A stretch of DNA of 64,000 nucleotides from Candidatus Altiarchaeota archaeon (lineage in GTDB: Archaea > Altiarchaeota > Altiarchaeia > IMC4 > SCGC-AAA252-I15), in the NCBI GenBank assembly GCA_043800255.1, contig JAZDNF010000010.1:67478-131477 (forward strand), given 5' to 3'. Positions 39,454 through 47,270 of this stretch are shown one piece after another (within the stretch, counting starts at the first letter, position 1; every line of letters begins with the position of its first letter). Below the pieces are notes generated by a model that saw only the letters and a program-made list of their open reading frames with translations, made no database searches and was not told the origin of the DNA. The position numbers and the translations under genes were made by a program.

Positions 39454-40184
39454 GTGGCACTAAAGTCGTGAAACTGAGGCTGGAGGATGGGGGCGGTGAG
39501 AAGCTGCCGATGTTGAAGGGTGATGTGGTCGAGCGGGCTCTGGAATTGTATGATGCGATCGAATCCCATCATACTGTCACAGCCGAGGCTGAGGATTATG
39601 CGAACATTCTAAAACAGAGCAAAGGTTTCGACCTGAGTTCAGGCCAACTCCAGCTGGTGCTTGACAGGATAGCGGATGGGCCTGCAGGAATAATCAAGAA
39701 TAATCTGGGGCTCTTCCTGACGGCATTAATCCAGGGTTCCAAACATTCGGACTTCAAAATAAAAACGAAAATTCCCCTCAGGAACTTCGGATTCAAGCTG
39801 AAGGACAAGCGGATAACCGTTGAGGGGAATCTAGAGGACTGGACTGGAAACCAGATGGAAAGCGGGCGGATAATGGTGAACGGGAACGTAGGCTCCGATA
39901 CCGGGCATAAGATGCGCGGAGGCGAAATCATCATAGACGGTAACGCAGCATACCGGACAGGATTCAGGATGAAAGGCGGGAAAACGCATGTCAAAGGTTC
40001 CGTGTTGGGGGCGTTAGGAGCTTACATGGAAGACGGCCTAGTAGAGGTGGACGGAAACGGCGGGGAGAATGTCGGCCTCGCGATGAACGGCGGCATAATA
40101 AAAGTCAAGGGGGACATAACAAGCTTCGGAGACTTCTATACGGGCGGAGAGATTTGGGAAAAAGGAGTGAAAAAGAAGGGGTGA
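39450..40184 (+). CDS. Array member 52 (last), GXGXG beta-helix protein (244 aa)
   Basis: Start moved from 39420 to the MSGTK ATG (ATGA overlap). Confidence 0.92.
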   Translation: MSGTKVVKLRLEDGGGEKLPMLKGDVVERALELYDAIESHHTVTAEAEDYANILKQSKGFDLSSGQLQLVLDRIADGPAGIIKNNLGLFLTALIQGSKHSDFKIKTKIPLRNFGFKLKDKRITVEGNLEDWTGNQMESGRIMVNGNVGSDTGHKMRGGEIIIDGNAAYRTGFRMKGGKTHVKGSVLGALGAYMEDGLVEVDGNGGENVGLAMNGGIIKVKGDITSFGDFYTGGEIWEKGVKKKG

Positions 40185-40203
40185 GTCGCTTCCCCGCCAG
40201 CGC

Positions 40204-40235
40204 CTGATTTTTCTATACTATACTATATTATAACC
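40204..40235 (+). promoter_or_regulatory. Putative archaeal leaderless promoter of the S8 protease (may also terminate the array transcript)
   Basis: TTTTTCTATA about 20-28 nt upstream of the ATG, AT-rich TATATTATAACC just before it, no SD. Confidence 0.35.
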
Positions 40236-42680
40236 ATGTTCGCTGGTAGATTTTTGGTTTTGTCTCTTCTGCTGACAGGGTTCGTGTCAGCCTACTACCT
40301 AACCGGAGGAACAGACGAAGCAACCCTCAACCTGACATGCATCAGCAGAGAATGCTCCAACCTGTCGGCGACAGCAGACCTGGAAAGCAAAACGTCGGTC
40401 GGAAAGGCACTCGACAGACTGGAATCCGCAAGCCTAACCCGCCTCAGAGACAAGGCAGAATTCCTAGTCAAGAGCAGAATCTGGGAAAAGCAGGGCATCA
40501 TACTAGACTACCGCAAGATTCCGAAAGACTACTGGAATATGACTGTAGAATTCTCCCGCGACTCCAAAATAGCAAGCCTGAACTCGAGCATCGGGTTCGT
40601 GATACAGTTCTGGGAGCCGCCCGCATTGGAGTACCGGACTCATCTGCTGAGTGCTCTGAACGCAGGGGAAGAGGACAGCATCATCGGGAAGCTGGCGCAG
40701 AAGGCGGCTGAGGTTGGCATCGCCTCAGAGGATGAGATAGCTGACTTCGGCGCAAGACTCTACTCCCAGGGGCTGAGAGAATCGCACGCTAAGGCGATTG
40801 CAGAACTCACGCCAAAAGTGAGGGCAGAATACACCAACGTCTTCAACGGCATCTCAGTAGAAGCCTCCCCGGACGAGGCTCTGAAGCTGGCATCACTGCC
40901 GAACGTGAAAGCAGTGTATCCGATCAGACAATACCATACTATGCTATACGAGAGCGTGCCTGCGATAAACGCTGACGACGTCTGGCTCTTGAACGACAGC
41001 CAGAACAGGAGCGTCACAGGCTATGGTGTAACAGTCGCCGTCATAGACACCGGCGTAGACTACACTCACACAGACTTCGGAGGCTGCAGTAACAGGAACA
41101 TAACAGGCAACGCCGAAAACTATTCACTGAACTCCTCCCACCCCTACAATGACAGCTTCGACTACACGTGGACCATTACGATGCCAGGCTACTCCAGCAT
41201 CGCAGTCCACTTCTCCCGCCTTGAAGTGGAGTCAGGCTACGACCACGTTTACGTGATGAACTCGTCCAACAGCATACTGGACGACTACTCCGGGAGCTAC
41301 TCCAGCGTCTGGAGCTCATCTGCCCAGGGCGACACCATCAAGGTGAGACTCACGTCTGATGCGATGGTCGCCGGCTGGGGCTTCAGCATCGACCAGATTA
41401 TAAACGGGAGCACAGTCTTCAGCTGGAACTGCCCCAGGATAGTTGGAGGCTACGACTTCGTCAACAACGACTCCGATTCAATGGACGACAACGGCCACGG
41501 AACACATGTGGCAGGCACAGTCGGAGCCAACAGCTCAGCCATAAGAGGCGTCGCACCCGACGCGAGCATGCTGGCCTACAAGGTGTGCGACTCAGGCGGG
41601 AGCTGCGCGACAGACCACATCCTGGCCGGAATAGACAGAGCGGTAGACCCCAACCAGGACGGCAACTACTCTGACAAGGCCGACATAATAAGCATGTCAC
41701 TGGGCGGCTCAGGAGACCCTGATGACGACCTCTCCCAGGCTGTTGACACTGCAGTCGACAACGGCATAGTAGTCATCGTGGCAGCAGGCAACAACGGCCC
41801 CTTCGAGGAGACCATAGCCTGCCCAGGCTGCGCAAGGAAAGCTATTGCAGTCGGGGCGGTGTACAAGAGCAACATCACCACAGGCAACAGGGAATCCAGA
41901 CTCACGGTGGAGAGCGACGATAACAGGGAGCTGCAGTCCAATGCATTCCAATACAGCAACACGACAGCAGCCTACGGCATATCAGAGGAACTCTACGATG
42001 CAGGCCTCGGTTACGCGGTGAACTACACATCCAACGCATCAGGGAAGACAGCCCTCATCGGGAGAGGCTCGATGAATTCCACAGAGTTCTATTTTTACGA
42101 GAAAGTCAACATCGCCCACGATGCTGGAGCTGTCGCTGCCATAATCTATAACAACGAGCCTGGGAACTTCCTAGGCACACTGATGAATGACTCCTCCATC
42201 CCAGCAGTCTCAATCTCTCAGGCCAACGGGACTTACCTTTTGGACCTGATGGACAACGGCACAGTCCGGGTTAACCTGACAGTGACTCCAGAGTACACGA
42301 TAATGGCGGAGTTCAGCTCCAGGGGGCCGAGTTACATCTACCAGAAGCCTGACGTTGTCGCTCCTGGAGTTGACATATGCTCGACACAGTGGGGCACAGC
42401 GTGGAGCGATGACGAGTGCATCGACGACCAGCACACTGCCATAAGCGGGACTTCGATGGCCACGCCCCACGTTGCTGGAGTGGCTGCGCTGATACTGCAG
42501 CAGCATCCCACGTGGACTCCGCTTGAGGTTAAAGCCGCCCTTGAAAACACGGCATACGATTATGGCCTGGACAGGAACGTCCAAGGCGCCGGGAGGGTGG
42601 ACGCGTACGCCGCGGTGACGTTGAACAGCACACCTCCTGTCGCAGCATTATATGACATATCGACGGTGGAATACAAATGA
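40236..42680 (+). CDS. Secreted S8 (subtilisin-like) serine protease with I9-like prodomain, inserted CUB-like domain and PA domain (814 aa)
   Basis: Signal peptide; catalytic motifs VAVIDTG, HGTHVAG, SGTSMATPHVAG; YTNVFNGISV prodomain; GKTALIGRG...AGAVAAIIYNN PA motif; SSHPY...GWGF CUB-like insert. Confidence 0.93.
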   Translation: MFAGRFLVLSLLLTGFVSAYYLTGGTDEATLNLTCISRECSNLSATADLESKTSVGKALDRLESASLTRLRDKAEFLVKSRIWEKQGIILDYRKIPKDYWNMTVEFSRDSKIASLNSSIGFVIQFWEPPALEYRTHLLSALNAGEEDSIIGKLAQKAAEVGIASEDEIADFGARLYSQGLRESHAKAIAELTPKVRAEYTNVFNGISVEASPDEALKLASLPNVKAVYPIRQYHTMLYESVPAINADDVWLLNDSQNRSVTGYGVTVAVIDTGVDYTHTDFGGCSNRNITGNAENYSLNSSHPYNDSFDYTWTITMPGYSSIAVHFSRLEVESGYDHVYVMNSSNSILDDYSGSYSSVWSSSAQGDTIKVRLTSDAMVAGWGFSIDQIINGSTVFSWNCPRIVGGYDFVNNDSDSMDDNGHGTHVAGTVGANSSAIRGVAPDASMLAYKVCDSGGSCATDHILAGIDRAVDPNQDGNYSDKADIISMSLGGSGDPDDDLSQAVDTAVDNGIVVIVAAGNNGPFEETIACPGCARKAIAVGAVYKSNITTGNRESRLTVESDDNRELQSNAFQYSNTTAAYGISEELYDAGLGYAVNYTSNASGKTALIGRGSMNSTEFYFYEKVNIAHDAGAVAAIIYNNEPGNFLGTLMNDSSIPAVSISQANGTYLLDLMDNGTVRVNLTVTPEYTIMAEFSSRGPSYIYQKPDVVAPGVDICSTQWGTAWSDDECIDDQHTAISGTSMATPHVAGVAALILQQHPTWTPLEVKAALENTAYDYGLDRNVQGAGRVDAYAAVTLNSTPPVAALYDISTVEYK

Positions 42681-45600
42681 AGGCTGCAATAATGTTCACG
42701 GTGGTTGCGGTGCTGATGTCTGGGTGCCTCTACAGTGAGAGAGGCTACATCTCAGGTAGCGTCGACCTGAACGGGACCGCGAAGAGCGGCAGCCTCCTCA
42801 ATTATACCATAGACGTCGGGCAGTCATTCAATGCGAGCAACTGGACTACGGTGGGCATCACACTGACGAACGGCACCCAGCAGATACTAGAGGGCGTCCT
42901 CGCGGTGTGGAACACCTCTCTGGTTGACGAAGGCAACTACACCCTAAGGCTGTCGGTGACAGACACCGGCAACGTGACCAGCAGGGACTACCTGTATGTT
43001 ACGGTCGAGAACGTCCTCCTATCCTATCCGTACAACAACTCCGACGTCAGCATCGGCACCCCCCTCATAATAAACGGCTCAGTCGGAGGTGCCAGCTTCC
43101 AAAACTATGCCCTCCTCTGGGGCAGAGGGGAGAACCCGACAACATGGTCCTCTGAAGGAATAACCCTGACAGCCAACGGCACATCCATAGTGGACAAGGG
43201 CGTGCTGGGAACGTGGAACACCTCCGCCGCCGGCACCACAGGATTCTACACCCTCAACCTCGTAGTCAACTATACCACAAACATGACCAAGGAGAGGAAG
43301 TCGACGGTAATATTGAACAACTACCTGCCAGGATGGCCGAAGACGACAGACAACGCCCTATACTCTACGCCAGCATTGGCTGACCTCGACGGAGACGGCG
43401 ACCTGGAGATGATTGCAGGCTCATACGATGGCAGGCTCTACGTCTGGCATCACAACGGCTCCAATTACATAGAGGAGATAAACGGGACGGTCGGGAACTA
43501 CACCCTAGAATCGGAGCATCCCTACAACAACAGCTTCGACAGGACATGGACTATTACGATGCCGGGCTACTCCAGCATTGCAGTCCACTTCGAGAGGCTG
43601 GAGGCTGAGCCCTCATGGGATTACGTTTACATACTGAACGGCTCCAACCAGACTGTGGAATCGTTCTCAGGCGCGCACAACAACACCTGGTCGAAGTCCG
43701 TCTCAGGGGACACGATAGGAGTCAGGCTGGAATCAGACTACTATGTGACCGGTTGGGGCTTCAAAGTAGACATGGTACTGAACGGCACAGTCAGCAAACC
43801 ATGGCCTAAGAGCATGAACAACACAGTCTACTCATCTCCCGCCGTAGGGGACGTGTCAGGAGACGGAATCCCAGACATAGCTGTCGGAACCTACAAGGCC
43901 CTGCACCTATACCATGCCAACGGCTCCACAGTGTCAGGCTGGCCTCAACCTACGGAAGGCTACGTGGACTCAAGCCCTCTAATGGCTGACATCAACGGCG
44001 ACGGAGTCCTGGAAATAATCGTGGGCTCCTCAACCTTGATGTACGCATTCCACTCGAACGGGAGCAGCGTATCCGGTTGGCCTGCATCAACTTCTGGAAC
44101 GGTGCTGTCGTCAGCAGCCTCAGGAGACTCGGACGGCGACGGAAGCAATGAGATAATGGCAGGAGACGACAGCAACAGAGTTTATGTGTGGCATTCCAAC
44201 GGCTCATTGGCAGAAGGATGGCCCTACGTTGCATCGGGGATAATACGGTCCTCTCCTGCTGTAGGAGACGTAGACCTGGACGGCAGCCTGGAGATCATAG
44301 CAGCATCCTATGACGGGAGAGTGTACGCCTTCGAAAGAAACGGCAGCATCATCCCAGGATGGCCCTACTCCACAGGAGCATACGTCTACTCCTCGCCAGC
44401 ATTGGCGGATTTGGACGGCGACAGCATGCTCGAGATTGTAGCAGCGTCAACAGACGACAGAGTGTATGTCCTCTACAATAATGGCTCCATGTTCGGGGAA
44501 ACGGTGAACGGAACCTTAGCCAACCTCAGCCTCAACTCCTCCCACAACTACAATAACAGCGTTAACCTGACATGGAATATCACGGTGCCAGGCTACTCCA
44601 GCATCGCAGTCCACTTCTCCCGCATTGAGGTCGAGTCAGGCTACGATCACATTTACGTGTTGAACTCCTCTGACGGCATCATCAACGACTACTCTGGAAC
44701 TTACACTGACCTATGGAGCTCGCCAGTTCCAGGCGACACAGTAAAGGTGAGGCTGGTGTCTGACAGCTCGGTGACAGGCTGGGGCTTCAGTATCGACCAG
44801 GTTGTAAATGGCAGCGTCACTCGGCCGTTCCCAGTCGATACAGGCGGCAGCATTTACTCTTCGCCCTCCATTGGAGACATCAACGGAGACGGCCAGCAGG
44901 AGATAACAGTCGGCGGAGCCAATAGATTGCATGCGTGGCTGTCCAACGGCTCGGCAGTCCCAGGATTCCCGAAGGTCACCAACGGTTCCAGCTACTCTTC
45001 CCCGGTTATGGCAGACTTCGACGCTGACGGCGACGTTGACCTAGTCCTCGGCTCGCTTGATTACAGGATATACGTGTGGGATGAGAGCGCACCCTACAAC
45101 AATTCTCTTGTGGAGTGGGGCATGTTCAGGAATGATTTGAGGAGGAGCGGCTACTATCCTGTCGAAAGCCCTATCATCTCGCTCTCAGCGCCTGCAGCCA
45201 ACGTCACATCCTACTCGGATACTATGGCATTCTCCTACACTCCCAGAGGGCTTCTGAACCTGTCGAACTGTTCGCTCTACGGCAACAGCTCAGGCGCATG
45301 GTCTGTCCTGAACGCGTCATCCAACGTGACATGGGCTTCTATGAACACGCTCTACTACTCCTTCACTTCAAACGGGACTGTCCTCTGGAGCGTGGGCTGC
45401 TATAATACTATAGGCAGGTTCTCACTTTCAGGTGAGAACAGGACACTGAACGTTGCCCTCATCCCGACTGTAATCTCCAACGTCTCCTACTCGAACGTGA
45501 CCAACGCTTCAGCAGCAATCTCCTGGAGCACGAGCGTGCCGGCTGATGGGATAGTAGAATACGGCCTCAACAGCAGTTATGGGTCAGCAGCAGTCAATTC

Positions 45601-46264
45601 TACGAACTCCACCTACCCTACAGTCTACCTCTCAGGCCTATCCCCCGGCACCAGATACCACTTCAGGGTCAACTCGACCAGCGTCTACAACGTCAGCTCC
45701 TTGAGCGGGGACTACAACCTTACAACTGCTTTGACTCACGTCCAGGTTGTCAACTTCACAGCCAACCAGTCAACACTAGTCAACGCCTCACAGCTTAATA
45801 CCACTCTGGAGTTCACGGCGAACTCCAGCTTGAGCGACGTCGCAGTCACAGTCTCCTCCACAGTCCACAATCCAACGTCTGCGGACTTCTCAGTCCTGGG
45901 TCTGGGCAAGTACCTTGAAATCGAGGCTCCCGCAGCAGCAGGCAGCGCCTCATCGATAATGCTCAGAACCTACTACACTGATGACGAAATCAGCAGCTCC
46001 TACATGAACGAGTCATCCCTCGGCTTCTACTGGTATAACACATCGGTTGGGGAGTGGCAGCGTCTCAACAGTTCAGTTGGCTGGATGAGCTCTTGGGTTT
46101 ATGGTACTGGAGTGAACGCCTCATTGGATTACGTGTGGGCTAACCTCAGCCACCTCTCGACCTACGCTGTAGGAGGCTCGACCACGATACAGTCCCATCT
46201 GATCCCGTTAGTCTACGAGTGGAACATGATGTCATTTCCGCTCCAGTATGCTATAGTGGCCTGA
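42677..46264 (+). CDS. Putative lipoprotein with FG-GAP/VCBS beta-propeller repeats, two CUB-like inserts and an FN3-like domain (1195 aa)
   Basis: Lipobox-like LMSGC at residue 17; repeated P.(L/V)(A/G)D(L/I)(D/N)GDG.LEI...S.DG..Y.W..NGS...GWP; ISWSTSVPADGIVEYG FN3-like segment; ATGA overlap with the S8 gene. Confidence 0.88.
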   Translation: MKAAIMFTVVAVLMSGCLYSERGYISGSVDLNGTAKSGSLLNYTIDVGQSFNASNWTTVGITLTNGTQQILEGVLAVWNTSLVDEGNYTLRLSVTDTGNVTSRDYLYVTVENVLLSYPYNNSDVSIGTPLIINGSVGGASFQNYALLWGRGENPTTWSSEGITLTANGTSIVDKGVLGTWNTSAAGTTGFYTLNLVVNYTTNMTKERKSTVILNNYLPGWPKTTDNALYSTPALADLDGDGDLEMIAGSYDGRLYVWHHNGSNYIEEINGTVGNYTLESEHPYNNSFDRTWTITMPGYSSIAVHFERLEAEPSWDYVYILNGSNQTVESFSGAHNNTWSKSVSGDTIGVRLESDYYVTGWGFKVDMVLNGTVSKPWPKSMNNTVYSSPAVGDVSGDGIPDIAVGTYKALHLYHANGSTVSGWPQPTEGYVDSSPLMADINGDGVLEIIVGSSTLMYAFHSNGSSVSGWPASTSGTVLSSAASGDSDGDGSNEIMAGDDSNRVYVWHSNGSLAEGWPYVASGIIRSSPAVGDVDLDGSLEIIAASYDGRVYAFERNGSIIPGWPYSTGAYVYSSPALADLDGDSMLEIVAASTDDRVYVLYNNGSMFGETVNGTLANLSLNSSHNYNNSVNLTWNITVPGYSSIAVHFSRIEVESGYDHIYVLNSSDGIINDYSGTYTDLWSSPVPGDTVKVRLVSDSSVTGWGFSIDQVVNGSVTRPFPVDTGGSIYSSPSIGDINGDGQQEITVGGANRLHAWLSNGSAVPGFPKVTNGSSYSSPVMADFDADGDVDLVLGSLDYRIYVWDESAPYNNSLVEWGMFRNDLRRSGYYPVESPIISLSAPAANVTSYSDTMAFSYTPRGLLNLSNCSLYGNSSGAWSVLNASSNVTWASMNTLYYSFTSNGTVLWSVGCYNTIGRFSLSGENRTLNVALIPTVISNVSYSNVTNASAAISWSTSVPADGIVEYGLNSSYGSAAVNSTNSTYPTVYLSGLSPGTRYHFRVNSTSVYNVSSLSGDYNLTTALTHVQVVNFTANQSTLVNASQLNTTLEFTANSSLSDVAVTVSSTVHNPTSADFSVLGLGKYLEIEAPAAAGSASSIMLRTYYTDDEISSSYMNESSLGFYWYNTSVGEWQRLNSSVGWMSSWVYGTGVNASLDYVWANLSHLSTYAVGGSTTIQSHLIPLVYEWNMMSFPLQYAIVA

Positions 46265-46317
46265 AACGCGATATTCCCGCTATCTTTTTTATTCCTTTAT
46301 CCTATATTCTACTCTCT

Positions 46318-47166
46318 ATGAAGAATCTGACCGTGGCTGCAGGCGTGTTCGCTTTCCTCGTGGTTCCCCTTATTCTAGTCTCTTTCCTCTCCTCAGCCTA
46401 TTTCGTCTTCCAGGACCCTGAGCGCATAACCCTGAACCTGCAGAGCGGCATGGTGTGGAAGTACACCCTCCCATTGTTCTCGGCGTTGGCTGCTGTCATC
46501 ATCGCGGACGTGTGGGTTCTCGCCTCATATTATACTGCTGCGCAGGAGGTCGAGTCCCTGACTGACGGCCTCTACACCTCCGAGAAGGCTGACTCCTCGA
46601 ACATCTACACGCTGGCCTACCTGTCCGAGCCTAAGAATCCGTTCACAGTCGTCATCGGCAACTATGTCGTGTCGGCCTTCCTTTTCGTCCTCATCATCGT
46701 GTCAGCCTTCCTGGTGACTAACGTCATCGGCACGCCGGGGGCGCTCTTCTCCATCCTGTTCTTCAGCTTCCTGCTCTCTGTGATGGATTTGGCCCTCAAG
46801 TTCTACCTCTTCTATCTGAGGTACAGCTATTATGTGACGTTCATCTTCGATTACGGCACCAGCACGCTGCAGGTCTTCAAGACGAGGCTGATGTTCATGC
46901 AGTCCCTCAAGGAGTTCACATTCGACGAGATCAATGGGTTCTCCCTTGACACCGTATATCTCCAAGTCCCTGTGCTTAACCGCGTTTTCGAGCGCGGTTT
47001 TGATTTTTACATCAATGTTGCGAAGGAGCGGATTAACCTGTTCTACGTCAGCAAGTACAAGTTCGAGGCTTTCCTGAGCTTCATGAAGAGGCTTAAGGAG
47101 GACAATCCTGCCGTCGTGTCGAAGCTCTCTGATGCGGCGGTTCAGATAAATCATGGGGACAAATAA
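46318..47166 (+). CDS. Multi-pass membrane protein of unknown function (282 aa)
   Basis: About four hydrophobic segments and a soluble C-terminal part; start moved from 46219 to MKNLTV because 46265-46317 looks like T-rich intergenic DNA. Confidence 0.75.
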   Translation: MKNLTVAAGVFAFLVVPLILVSFLSSAYFVFQDPERITLNLQSGMVWKYTLPLFSALAAVIIADVWVLASYYTAAQEVESLTDGLYTSEKADSSNIYTLAYLSEPKNPFTVVIGNYVVSAFLFVLIIVSAFLVTNVIGTPGALFSILFFSFLLSVMDLALKFYLFYLRYSYYVTFIFDYGTSTLQVFKTRLMFMQSLKEFTFDEINGFSLDTVYLQVPVLNRVFERGFDFYINVAKERINLFYVSKYKFEAFLSFMKRLKEDNPAVVSKLSDAAVQINHGDK

Positions 47167-47270
47167 TTACTGTATCAGTAAGTTCTTACAAAATTCATTA
47201 CTTTAATGGTAATAATATGTCAGGATACAAACATCCTCTCATTTTTATCCAACCCATACCATTAGATTTC

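Larger units (their letters stand above)
1..40184 (+). repeat. Tandem array of at least 52 paralogous leader + helical domain + GXGXG beta-helix genes (continues off the left edge)
   Basis: 52 consecutive same-strand ORFs share the K[VI][VI]KLKL leader, the G.F(L)TAL.(Q)NS motif, 19-aa GxxMxGGxIxVxGxAG repeats and the GEIW cap; no unrelated gene is interspersed. Confidence 0.97.

Noticed and set aside
68-39994. Numerous minus-strand and alternate-frame ORFs within the array (Pro/Ser/Phe-rich or His-rich)
   Set aside because: Shadow frames produced by the Gly/Ile/Met repeat codons; they lie entirely opposite or within real genes.
1-40184. Annotating the array as fwdC/fmdC or glutamate synthase genes
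   Set aside because: Only the GXGXG coil is shared. The leader and helical domain are not FwdC-like, no fwdA/B/D or gltB domains are present, and 52 divergent copies do not fit a stoichiometric enzyme subunit.
1-40184. Array as an assembly artefact of a repeated gene
   Set aside because: Members differ extensively in sequence and length and identical stretches are short. Local mis-joins at the 73-nt patch cannot be excluded without reads.
46702-47154. 150-aa minus-strand ORF
   Set aside because: Antisense shadow of the membrane-protein gene.
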